Source: Fimicolochytrium jonesii | Taxonomy: Eukaryota | Assembly: GCF_025526975.1 (NCBI RefSeq) | Contig: NW_026515670.1 | Span: 1 to 64,000, forward strand | Direction of reading: 5' to 3' | DNA length: 64,000 nucleotides | In this document: piece by piece, positions 50,282-61,956 of the stretch | Numbering within the stretch: the first letter of the stretch is position 1 | Layout: every line of letters begins with the position of its first letter | Translations under genes and position numbers: made by a program | The notes under the pieces: generated by a model | Told to the model about the DNA's origin: nothing | What the model saw: only the letters and a program-made list of their open reading frames with translations | The model's database searches: none

Positions 50282-52393
50282 ATGGTGCCCAAGTTTACTC
50301 GGGACGCTCTCGCTGCCATGACGGCTGAATGGACGGCCGCGCTAGAAGCCAACGCGCAGCGCAACAAAGCGTTCCTGGACGATGCGGTCCGGCAACTGGC
50401 GGAACTGTGCCCCCCGGACGAGAAGTCGGCCCACGAAACTCCCACGCAGGCAGAGAGGCCGCCGACCGTTATCGAGAAGCCCACCTCTTCTTCTGGGGCC
50501 AACAAGGACGTTATGAACGGCAGGGACGTGCGATCAACCGTCTCTCCCCGTCAAACGTCTGTTGCCGTACCCATGAACCCTGCTGCACCAGTCCAGAGAT
50601 ATGAACGTAAATTCGACATGATGAAAAATCCGCGAAACTGCACCGAGGAAGACAGGCAGCGTCAAGAGGAGAAACTCCAGGCGTGGCTTGCGACTGAGGA
50701 CGTGTCTACGTTCTGCGTACGTGATGGCAAGAACGTCCTGGTCAGCTATCATTCGGCGGCGGAGCGGCAGCAAGAAAAGGCGGGCATACTCACTCCGGCA
50801 CCGGCGCGCGAGCAATCAATCGAAGCAAAGGAAAGCTCGCCTTCTGCGGAGGAACCGACCGAAACCGAAGTTAAAGTGGTAGCTTCGTCGCCAGCAGCAC
50901 CTGCGACTGCCGAACCGGCACAAGTAATCGGGTTCAAAGAAGCGATTCAGGCGAAAGCGGCGGTGGCTCCAGGACGAACACCTAAGAGCCGATCAAACTC
51001 GGCGTCTGTCAAGGAGGCCGGTCCTATGTTGGCAGCGGAACGAAAGCCCGAAGGAGCGCCCAAGATCAAGACTAGAACAGCCTCCGGCCGCGCACCTGCT
51101 TTGGCTACCAAAATCAAAACGAAATCGACCTTCACAACTGCGAAGCTTCCGAGATCGCTTCCGGCCTCCACCGAGAGTGCTCCTTCTGATGTCAAAGATA
51201 CGGAAACCAAGGTAGCACCGGCATTGGAACATGCGATCGCACTTGTGGAAACGAGCGCCGTGACCCCGGCGAACCTCGATCCAGTAGACTTCACCGAGAG
51301 TGCTCCCTCGGATGTCAAAGATACGGAAACCAAGGTACCACCGGCAGAGGAACATGCGGTCGCATTTGTCGAAACGAGCGCCGTGACCCCGGCGACCCTC
51401 GATCCAGGAGCCTTCACCGAGAGTGCTCCTTTGGATGTCAAAGATACGGAAACCAAGGTACCACCGGCGGAGGAACATGCGGTGGAAACAGCGGAAACGA
51501 GCGCCATGACGCCGGCGACCCTCGACCCAGAGCCCTCCACCAAGAATGCTCCGCCCGATATCAAAAATGAATCTTTGACGGAGATTAAAGTACAATCGGC
51601 ACAGGAACCTGCGTTTGGACAGACCTCGGAACCCTCCCACCACAAAGAGTCCATCGAGACAGAGGTGAAGGAGGCACCACCCGCGCCGGAACCCGCGGTG
51701 AACATCATGCAACCCAGCCTCGAAATGCCGTTGACCCTCGATCAGACAAAGGCGACATCGACAGCCGAACCTAAGATCGAACAAAACAACTCCGTCTCGA
51801 CGCCCGGATGCCCCGACTCGCCCGATGAACCAAAGGAAACCTCGGCCCCGGCCGCCGAAATGGCCTCCGGAGGTCCGAATGGAAACGAAATCGAGGCAGC
51901 TCGGCTGCCACAGAAGAAGAACGGTACCTCCCCGAAGCGAGACGCGAAACCGATTTACAGGGCGCCAGGCTGGAAGCCGCGCGACGGTACGATGACCCGG
52001 CCGATTACGGGAAACCCGAAGCTGCTGGGCAGGAAGGCTAGCCCCCCCATCGCCAAACTTTCCGAGTCGAATGAACAGGAGACAGGCCCATTGAGTACCA
52101 AAGCCACAGACCCTCACGGAGACAGCACGACCGGAAAAAAACCCGAAATCATCAGAACCCCAAGCGGGCTGGAAATCATTAGGACCAGAAGCGCGAGCCC
52201 ACGCGTCGAGGTGAGCCCGCTCGGCGATCAAGCACTTCCGCCGGTGGTTACAATCACAGGCTTCTTCGAAGGCCACGATGGCCCTGCAAAGAAGCGCAAG
52301 AACAAAAACCGTAATGGACGCGGCCGTGGCCGTGGGCAAGGAGGAGTCCGCGACCCCCCACCTGCGACGGCACCAGACATCCCCATCGCCTAG
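50282..52393 (+). CDS. Large P/T/E/A-rich disordered protein with internal repeats
   Basis: 703-aa intronless frame with a helical N-terminus and a basic KKRKNKNR/RGRGRG C-terminal patch. Confidence 0.75.
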   Translation: MVPKFTRDALAAMTAEWTAALEANAQRNKAFLDDAVRQLAELCPPDEKSAHETPTQAERPPTVIEKPTSSSGANKDVMNGRDVRSTVSPRQTSVAVPMNPAAPVQRYERKFDMMKNPRNCTEEDRQRQEEKLQAWLATEDVSTFCVRDGKNVLVSYHSAAERQQEKAGILTPAPAREQSIEAKESSPSAEEPTETEVKVVASSPAAPATAEPAQVIGFKEAIQAKAAVAPGRTPKSRSNSASVKEAGPMLAAERKPEGAPKIKTRTASGRAPALATKIKTKSTFTTAKLPRSLPASTESAPSDVKDTETKVAPALEHAIALVETSAVTPANLDPVDFTESAPSDVKDTETKVPPAEEHAVAFVETSAVTPATLDPGAFTESAPLDVKDTETKVPPAEEHAVETAETSAMTPATLDPEPSTKNAPPDIKNESLTEIKVQSAQEPAFGQTSEPSHHKESIETEVKEAPPAPEPAVNIMQPSLEMPLTLDQTKATSTAEPKIEQNNSVSTPGCPDSPDEPKETSAPAAEMASGGPNGNEIEAARLPQKKNGTSPKRDAKPIYRAPGWKPRDGTMTRPITGNPKLLGRKASPPIAKLSESNEQETGPLSTKATDPHGDSTTGKKPEIIRTPSGLEIIRTRSASPRVEVSPLGDQALPPVVTITGFFEGHDGPAKKRKNKNRNGRGRGRGQGGVRDPPPATAPDIPIA
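51170..51565. repeat. 123-bp (41-aa) coding tandem repeat, 3 copies plus a partial
   Basis: Units start at 51170, 51293, 51416 and 51539 (TESAPSDVKDTETKV...). Confidence 0.9.
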
Positions 52394-53023
52394 TTCTTCC
52401 GTACCGTGATACTCTTTCATCTTTGCGACACAATTCAACTCAAACGACAAACGCAAGGCCATAAGTGCTTAGCCGCCATCGTCGTCATTGCTCTCGGATA
52501 TACAAACAAGCAAGAATCATGGGAAAATGTGTGGAGAAAATGTATACCTCCGCCGTTATATGTAGCGTTAGTTTGGTAGGAAATCTGCTAGTTCTCCCCC
52601 ACCACTCACTATAAACGCAGCGGCATTTTGGAAAGTCGATAAATCTCCATCTATTTTGGAAACTGCCTAGGACATGTTATCCGCTGGTTCATCCTGCCAT
52701 GCCAGGTACGGTGGCTCATCCATACATGTCACCCTTCCTTCTTGTCTGCTGTCGAAGTGTCGAATCCTCTGGTGAAAGCGGAGCGGGGCTTCGCAAAGAG
52801 ATGTCACCGCGCGGCCTTCCCGTGTGGCCACGTTTTCGAACCTCGAGGCTTTATGCCCGGCCGCCCCAACCCCCATCAGCCATCCCCACCAACAACAGCC
52901 ATCAACAACACTGCAGGGAACTGAAAACTGCTTGCCGTTGTTTGGGAGTTACACGACCTGTCTTTGTGGAAACATCATCTTGGAAACTATTAGTTCCGAC
53001 GACGGCCCGAAGCGCAAGCCAAT

Positions 53024-53607
53024 ATGTGGTGCATGCAGTATTTCATGTGAGTTTCTGGCCGTCATCTTCTACACATTTCAGCTAATGCCCGAGGAAAGCC
53101 GCTGGGCAGGCGGAGGCGCTATGTGGGAATTGTCTCGTGTGTGGAAGCGACGGAGGGGGGGATCTGCACCCATTGTAGTCAGGGTGCCTTGTCTTCCCCA
53201 AACGACTCTTGCTGACGCCATGCCCCCTTTTCGGTCGACACAGCATCCTGTTCCTAGTCCCCTTCCCCCGCGCGCCCAACTTCTTCCTCCTGGCGTATCT
53301 GTTCTGTCTCTTCATTTCGCATAAGCCATGTCTATACTGGTAAGCTACCGCACGCTTGACTCCAGGAGGGCGAACAGCCCCCGTCCAATTCTTCCGCCTC
53401 CCTAACCTCCGCCCGTTGTCTCGATTCCTTCACAACAGCTCACTGGTCATCTTTGCCCTCCTCGCCTCCTCGTGCAATTACTACACGCCTGTGAGCGGCG
53501 AGGAAGACCGCGGGCGGTGCTGGGTTGAGCTGGATCCGCAGTTTTTGTTCACGGGGCGGGGGAGGGAGCCGTGGGGGATGGCGGGGAGTTTGGGGGTTTT
53601 GGGGTGA
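53024..53607 (+). CDS. BLCAP: BLCAP/BC10-family small membrane protein, 3 exons
   Basis: Exons 53024-53046, 53244-53339 and 53439-53607 splice to MWCMQYFIILFLVPFPRAPNFFLLAYLFCLFISHKPCLYCSLVIFALLASSC, carrying the KPCxxC motif. Confidence 0.85.
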
Positions 53608-54547
53608 ATGGGGGGAGGGGGAGCGCAAGGTGGGGGCGGGAGTGCCTCCATTCCTCTGCGTAGAGTTCTTTTTTGGGAGAGAGGGGCGCGGTGGGTGGGG
53701 ATGAGATGAGGGGCTGGGAGAGAAATGGTGGAGGGGCTGAATCTGCGAAGCTATCGGCGAAGGCAGCTGTGGCCCCGACGGCATGCGCTGCGAGCGTACG
53801 CACCATCTACTACCGCCATGCATCTCGCCGTACAGCGTCAGCCACCTCATCTGGCCTTTCGGCCAATCGCGAACCGACGGCCCCAGCCCCTAGCTGTTTA
53901 AGCGCCGAGTTGCTCTGATCGCAGCCTGATCAGCGGGCCCGTCACAAGCGTCCTGGCCGGCCGTCAACCACGCAGGCCATCACGGCAGATGGGTCATCCA
54001 ACTGCTGCTTTGGAGTGCGGGTAGCAGAGGACACCGGTAGGAATCCCCACCCGCAAGTCCCGAATGCGCTCACTCCGTCGGGAAACGGAGAACGAAACTA
54101 CGGCGTTCGATGCACAATCCAGTTCTCGATTAATTACCAATACACCCGACAATACCCACAAGACGTGCTGCTTCCGCACACCATGGCCGTCAGCCACCTG
54201 TCACGCCCCGTGCAGACACCTCACTGATACCGGGGTATACCGTCACTGATACCTCGGGCATCATTCCCCACTTGTACCTAACAACCCTGCATCGTGTACA
54301 TTCACCACACTCATACCACACATACGCACATCACAACACGCTTCTCAACACCCAAGCATACATTAGCACCTGAATCAAAACGTCTCCTCGTTTTTGGGAT
54401 ATCATAAATACATATTTTTCGTTTATATATAAACATCGGGTCGTCTGGCATACGTGGCGAGGCGGGAGGAGTGATAGTATGTACAATCGGAAGGTCGGTA
54501 AGAAGGGGTGGAAGCGCAAAATTGTTTGTATATATGGGGAGCTACTA

Positions 54548-55314
54548 CTAGCTTCCTGATGCGCATCCCCGGCATCTGTGATGATTGCGGGATGAACTTT
54601 GATTAGACACCATGACCCGAATGTGCGCCTACCCAGGTCTCCCATGTCCACCATCCAGACTCGCCACCCGATACTCACCCACAATGCTGACACTCAATCG
54701 GCTTATCCTCCCCGATCTTCTTCTTGGGCACTCTACACACACACGTCGTCCCAAAATTCGTATCCCTCGGCTGCATGCACCTCAAGCAGCACAGCTTCTC
54801 GTACCCGGGCTTCTTCCATTTGGCAATCAGGTTGGCGTCCGCGTAGCCTTCTTTGCAGCAGTAGTCGTACAGCTCGCGCGAGATGGCTTTGCGCCGGTAG
54901 AACATGTCGTAGATGTAGCGCGAGCGTTGGTGGTGTAGACGGAAGACGGGCCACAGGGATTCGACACGGCGTTTGCCTTCGTGGGATTCGTTTTCGGCTA
55001 CGGGGAGGGAGGGTACGTTGAGCTTGATCCGGGTGTGTTTTATGAGATTTTGTCCCGCCTGCTCTCTCATGGGTTCATCCACATGCTACCGCTGCCGTAA
55101 ATAAACCATATGCTCCAACTCATGATCCCTTTGGCATATCATCCCCGTATCCATCCTTTCCAACTTCTGCAAATGCCGTCACCGCAACCCAAACACCAAC
55201 ACGCAATCCACCGACCCTACCTTCACGCATCTTAGCCTGCAAGTCATTCAACGTCGGCTCCAGCAGCTCCCACCCTTCCGGTGGAGGCTTCCTCCCGCGC
55301 TTTACTTTGGGCAT
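54548..55314 (-). CDS. BUD31: Splicing factor BUD31 (G10)
   Basis: [53 protein letters not shown]-terminal [13 protein letters not shown]. Confidence 0.95.
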
Positions 55315-56031
55315 TTATGACGGTGTGTGGTGGTTGTAGAACGGGGGAAATTAGTCGACTCGGTTGGCGGACGGGCGACAAGGCCGATTAGGCGGATTTC
55401 GTTGAAGGAGAGGTCCGTGAGATATTTGATCGTGGGAAAAGATGTGGTGGCCGCGTGTAGTTGTCGAGGTGGATGGTGGGAATACCTGTACCTACAGCCG
55501 ATCTGATTGCGAGTACGGGGCTCTCTGGACGCAATGTCGATGGTGGGGAATGCACTATAGTCTATGCTGTGAGTACGTGGCGCAGAGTGGCGCAGTTGAA
55601 CGGTCGCCGAGGGAGCTGTAGAGCTGTAGCCTGCTGGACATCGCCATCTGGTACTCAACATAAGACGGGCGCAACACTACCGCTTTGCACCACACATCCC
55701 ATAAAGCACAGCAGTTTGTTTGATATGAGTAAGATATCGGTCGAGGCAGCAAGTACAGTACGTACAGTATGCGTGCAGAGTGCCCCCGGAGCGTTCCCTA
55801 CTGGTTCCCTACGCGACTGAGATGCTGCATATGGAGTATGCAACTTTCGGCCAAACTCACGGGTCCACCAAACTTCGGGTCGAAGAAGCTCAATTCATGC
55901 AAGATATATTTTGCGTCTCGCCAAAAGCGTCCAAGGCAAAAGAAAAAAAGATGTGAAAAACGATCTACAGGTATACAAAGACGCCGCTAGAGGAAAACAC
56001 CCTCACTTCGGCGGGATATCATCCCACATCT

Positions 56032-58215
56032 CTACGCCCGAACCTTCTCCCCAACCCGCTTCTTCAACACGCCATCAAACTCATTACTCTTCTCATCCAC
56101 AATCCGGAGCGTCGGCGCCGCAGCGGGCAGGGCTTTCGTGCCGTTGACGTGGTGGTTGGGCGCTGCAATGGTGGGACGATCAAAGTTCTTGGCGAGGGTC
56201 TTGACGTTAGAGTTTGCAAGGCCGAGGACGAAGAGGAAGTAGCGCCAGCGGTTGGGTTGGGAGATGGCGGTGGAGAGGGTCCAGAAGAGGAGTTCACCGT
56301 AATTGTCTGATGGGGTTAGATAGGGGTGTTGATGAGTGTCGGTATTCCGATGAATAGGGATTTGAAGGATGAGCAGAACTTACAGAAGGAAAGCCCAGCA
56401 GTCTTCCGGTCATAACCACCCCACCACGCCGGCTCGACCCCCTGACTACGCCACTCCTCCTTCTTCATATCCAGCGCCTCCTTCGGCGTGCGGTCCCTGA
56501 CCCACTTCGCCGCCTTCTCGGCCGTCGGCTGCGTCTTGGGATCCAACAAGAACATGACAAACAACCTCGTGAGCAGCCCAATGTGGATATGCCCCGCGGT
56601 CGCCACGGCGTCGACGTACGCGTCGTTCAGGAAGAGCATGGTGGGGTAGTTGGGCGGGAAGGCGACGTTGAACAGGTTTGGCGGTTTGAACTCGTCGTTG
56701 GATGGGGAGGAGGCTACGCGCCACACGTCGTCCTCGATGAAACTCAGCGTAGGTTTCTTGAACCCCGTCGCGAAAAACGTCACGTCCGCCCCAAGCTCCA
56801 CATCCCCACCCTCCCCGGGGTCCTTATACGCGTCCCTGTCGATCATACTATCCGAGTCCCACTCGATCTTGCCGACTTTGATGGAGTGGGATTCAAAGTT
56901 CTTAATGCTGCCGCGGATGTAGCGGATCTTGTTTGTGCGGATGAGTTCGAGGTAGCGGGTGTTGAGGCAGGGGGTGGAGGAGAAGAAGGGGCGCGTGGGG
57001 GTCATTCCGCGGAGCTCGGTGCCGTACCAGTAGCGGCGGATGAAGGCTTCGACGAGGAAGCCGAGGGCGGGGGGAATCATGCTGGCGAGGGTGCTGAGGA
57101 TTATTCCACGGGGCATGATCCACTGGAAGTGACATGAAGCAAAATATGAGTTTGGTGGCCGGGATAGGAAACGGATGGAATATCAGAGAGTTATCAACGT
57201 ACCTTGTCGTGACGGGCAACAACGGTCAGGTCAATCTGCCCAGGGCCGCTTCCAAGACGGGACTCATCGCCATCAAGACGGTTCAAGACGTAATCAATAA
57301 CCTCAACAGCAGAAGCTCCACTGCCAAGAACCACAATCTTCTGTCCCTTGCGGAGGTCCAAATCCACCTTATCCATCTTGGAAGTGTGCGCCTGCAAACC
57401 CTGATACTTGTCCTTCAACCCCTCAAACGGCGGAATAAGAACCTCATCGCAAGTCCCGACTGCCGAAATGACACCATCGTACACATCCGTCCCGTTGACC
57501 GTATACGTCTTTGTCTCGGCATCGTACTTGACACTCTTTACAACGGCATTAAACCTCGTCCTGCGTTCCAAATCATACAACTTCCACACCCGCTCCAGCT
57601 CCCTCAGGATATCATCGCGATGCGGGAAATCGCGGTGGAAACGGACGATGGGGTGGAAGCGGTAGAACAGCGCTTGGAATTGGAGCGAGGAGGTCTTGTT
57701 GACGCGGGACCAGACGCCGCCGATTGTGGGGGATTTCTCGTAGATGACGACTTCGACGCCGGCGGAGCGGCAAGCGGCTGCGGCGCCGACTCCAGTGATG
57801 CCGGCGCCGATGATGGCGACCCGGGGACTTTTGGGGTTGGGGTTGCAGTGGGTATCGCTTGAAGGCAAGAAGGGGTACCTATTGGAAATGAAGTGAAGGT
57901 TGGTTAGCAAAGCGAAGGTTGATTGGTTGGTTGGTTGGTTGGATGGTTGAAAACGAACACCCTGATGAGGGCTGATGAGCGGAGGATTGCGTGGCGTAAT
58001 GTGGCTCGCTGCCGCTCGCGATGGGCGTTTGCGATGGTCGCGCTCGCTATCGCTCGCTTCGCAGTCGACACTCACCAAGGTTTCCCCGCCGCCCAAGCGA
58101 GAATGGACGAAACCCAAGTTGCGACAATCAGATTAATATAGACCAATGCCGAAATGACGGTAGTGCCCAGTGCAGCAGGCGAGTAGCCGATGAGTTTGGG
58201 TAGGCTCACCGCCAT
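56032..58215 (-). CDS. Flavin-containing monooxygenase (FMO/BVMO-like) with an N-terminal hydrophobic anchor, 4 exons
   Basis: VAIIGAGITG, GGVWS, YQGLQAHT, VVLGSGASAVE, FATGF. Confidence 0.88.
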
Positions 58216-58965
58216 GGTTGCGTCGAATCAGCGGGGCGTGTAGAGATAGAATCAAGGCGGTAATGACAGCAATGCAAGTGTTCCAATGGTGCTTGGAGGG
58301 TTATTGCGGGGGCGGAGAACAGCGAAAGTCCTTTGCCTTTTTATACACTTCCGGAAAGTGGGGTTGGAGGGTGGCCAGGGTGATGCGAAAAGGAAGGCGG
58401 AACGTTCCGGGGCCGGGGGTGAGTGACACTGGTGGTGGTGGTGGGTGTTGCAACGCCTCGATATGCACAAAGACGTCTCAGAGTGCCAGGGAGCATGCGC
58501 TGGTGATGTAGGAAGCAGCGTCATCCAACGCCCACGCCGTTTCTGATGCTCGCACGGCACGCGAAAACGCTCAGCTGCCTACTAAAGCTTGAGGCACGGC
58601 AAGCAGCGACGTCCATCCGAGGCCCTTCTCTCTCTCTCTCTGTGCTTGTGCTTGTGGACGGCCAGCCACATCCAATCCAGGAGGCTCCCGATGACATCAC
58701 GCGTGGCTTTGGCTTTCACGTGCAAGCAAGAACATTCCTACGACGACGTACGAGCATTCACGGAGCAAGCAAGCGCCACCGATACGGAAAAGAGCGGCTG
58801 CTCCATTTAAACGCATTCTCGAGTCACGGGCCAACATATAAACCGACACACGTGACTCTTCGCTGATCTGAGTTCCTCCTCGCATTGGGGAATTGACAAA
58901 TGGATCCCCCGCTGCCAAAGTGGAGCGGACGACCTTTGGACATTTCTCGACCGCCGAAAAGTGAA

Positions 58966-58986
58966 CCCCCCCCCCCCCCCCCCCCC
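58966..58986. repeat. poly-C (21 nt)
   Basis: Direct read; lies between the divergent FMO and NSA2 genes. Confidence 0.9.
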
Positions 58987-59156
58987 TGAACTCGCTCGTT
59001 GTGGGGTATCAGGCAAACCGTCTCTTCATTTATACCACCCTGCTCTCCGCTGCCTGGACCAACCTTGTCACCGGACTGCTGAAAAGTTCGTGGCAAAATT
59101 CTTCCGGCTCGATTCTCGTATACCAGTTCCCTTTGTGAGACGAGTCACTAGCCGCA

Positions 59157-60121
59157 ATGCCTCAGAACGAGTATATTGAGGAGTCGATCAAGAAACATGG
59201 TCGCCGACTTGATCACGATGAGCGCAAGTAAGTAGTCGCTCCGACTGGAGGCCGTCTGCGGTCAAGCAACCTGAAGTTTGGCGAAACCCAAATTCCCACA
59301 ACATCCGTTCTGATTTACTCTACTTTCCATAGGCGTAAGAAGGAGGCCCGTGAGGTGCACGCCCGGGCGGCTCACGCTCAGAAGCTTCATGGTCTGAAGG
59401 CGAAGCTGTACAACAAGAAGCGTCACAACGAAAAGATCCAGATGAAAAAGACGATCAAAATGCACGACGAACGGAACAACAAACACAAATCCGACGACCA
59501 GCCCGTGCAGGAAGGCGCCGTCCCAACATATCTCTTGGATCGTGAGAACCAGTCCCGCGCCAAGGTGCTCTCCAACATGATCAAGCAGAAGCGGAAGGAG
59601 AAGGCTGGGAAGTGGCAGGTTCCTTTACCGAAAGTCAAAGGAATGGACGAGGCAGAAGTCTTCAAGGTGCTGAAAACCGGAAAGAGGAAAACCAAACAAT
59701 GGAAGCGTGTTGTCACAAAGGCGACATTTGTGGGAGAAGGGTTCACTCGTAAGCCTCCAAAGTACGAGCGCTTCATCCGACCCATGGCGTTGCGTTACAA
59801 GAAGGCACACGTTACCCACCCGGAACTCGGCGCGACGTTCTGCCTGCCTATCTTGGGCGTGAAGAAGAACCCCAGCAGCCCGATGTACACACAGCTGGGT
59901 GTGATAACGAAGGGTACCGTCATTGAAGTGAACGTCAGCGAGTTGGGGCTTGTGACACAGTCTGGGAAGGTTGTCTGGGGTAAATACGCGCAGGTCACAA
60001 ACAACCCGGAGAACGATGGGGTATGTAATCCTGTAGTCGATGACAGTGCAATGTCGAGGAACTGTACTAATCGATTCCATCTCTCGTCCTACAGTGCATC
60101 AACGCCGTTCTTCTCGTATAA
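59157..60121 (+). CDS. NSA2: Ribosome biogenesis protein NSA2
   Basis: MPQNEYIEE...[43 protein letters not shown]; two introns. Confidence 0.97.
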
Positions 60122-61427
60122 GCTAGCTTAACCGAAGAAAGCTCACGATACTATCATCCCTCTCCACTCTACCATCCGCCCTTCTGGAAACGTGCCGGTT
60201 CTCGGAGTTCACATCAACATCCCTGTCCGCTGAAGCCTACCCATCCACCCACTGGACGCATTCCAACAACGACGGCGCATTCAGTCCACCACTCCACCCC
60301 ATCCCGACCCTGCATTCTGAACTATTCAACCAAATAGGAATCCCCGGGCCCATTTTGTTTTCTGCAGTATATTCGTTTTTGTTCATGCCCGCATTGTATT
60401 TAAATATGTTTTGTCTCGCCTGCGATTTGGAGGGTTCTGTGGAAGGAGCGTTCGAGTCGGAGGGGTTGAAGATGTGTACTGTACTTGGGAGGAAACTCCG
60501 TAGTTGCAACGCCACAGGAATGTAAACACCACAGCGCTTCATGCAAACTCAGAGCCTCCCCAGAGCCTCCCGTTTCTCTCTGAGTTTGCGAGATAGTATG
60601 ATGGGACAAGGGCGGGATTGAGAATTATGCCATCTCCAACGTCACAACTAGGCATTACAACTTTTCCTCGAACGACAATTGTAACGGGATTAGGAGGTGA
60701 CCGTATCAGCAAAGAGGCAAACTGAGCGGGCGTCAGGACCATCAGAAACCATGACCAGCAAGATGCGGAAGCCAGCATCACTTCACCCGGGCTCTGGAAT
60801 TGATCATCAGAAGCGTGAAGGTGTCGACGATCAAGGCAGGATTCGGCATCATATCCCACTCTATGGAGAGAGCCGGTGAATTCCTCACAAATGGACGCAC
60901 CGACCGTCCCGGTTCAGTGGGTGGCTATTTATGCAGCGAGGGGAAAGTGCGCACCCACTCTGGCTGGCTTTTCGGCTAATGTGTGATATGGGTGTACAGT
61001 ATGATCTGGATATGCAGGCTAACTATCACCCGCCAACCCAGCGTTTTGGGGTACATGGTACAGTTTATTTGAGAACACAACATGCTCCCGATTGATTACC
61101 TACGTGAAGAGCTGTCTGAGGAGCATCAGATATCTGCGTTTGGAAGAACCGAAACATCAACCCTATGTGAAAAGTGCCTGCGAGCATGTCCTGTACTCAC
61201 GCTTCGCTTGGATCCAAACATCAACTCTGGAGACTAGCAAATGGTCAAGTCTCTGAAACGGAGGCATCAGATATCAAAACTCTGGTGGTGGAAGTGTTGA
61301 GATGAGAGGTAAAGGCTGAACAACGGAAGGTGCAGATATCGTTGGTAGAAGTGTCGGGGGTGTACCTCAGTGAGTCAACAAACTGTCAAGTGATTCAAAC
61401 AAAAGCGTCAAATATCAAAACGGAAAT

Positions 61428-61499
61428 GGGGTGGTAACTCAGTGGTAGAGTGTCTCGTTCGCATCGAGGAAGCCCGGAGTTCAATCCTCCGTCACTCCA
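61428..61499 (+). tRNA. tRNA-Ala(CGC), identical to 19264-19335
   Basis: Same 72-nt sequence in the opposite orientation, followed by a T-run. Confidence 0.95.
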
Positions 61500-61956
61500 C
61501 GTTTCTTTACGTTTCTTTGTTTTTTTCTTCTTCAATTTTTGCCTTGCGTCATGCCTTTCAAGCTCACTCAATGAATGAGTCTGTCCTTCTTGAGGTGCGT
61601 CGAGGGGTCCCATATATACTGTACGCCCCAGCAGTCGGCCAAAAACAACAAACATATGAACCCAACGAGTCATTGCGTTCGAATCGCCTTCATCTCCGGC
61701 GGCGAGCTAAAGAGTCCCCCAACTTCGTTTTGGATCCCTTTCGATATGGCAAATATATTGCGAAAAGTTACTGGACAATACGGAGCAAAACGCTGAATGA
61801 TGGGTCCCGAAAACAGACATGCAAGGCAAGAAAGTACAAATGTGACGGGATGAACAGGTAGAACGCTGAATGCCCATCGGGTCACAACGAAAGTCGAGCA
61901 CATAGAATGGGTACAAGAAGCTGAGAAAAGGTCAGAACCCGAGGGATCGATGCGGA

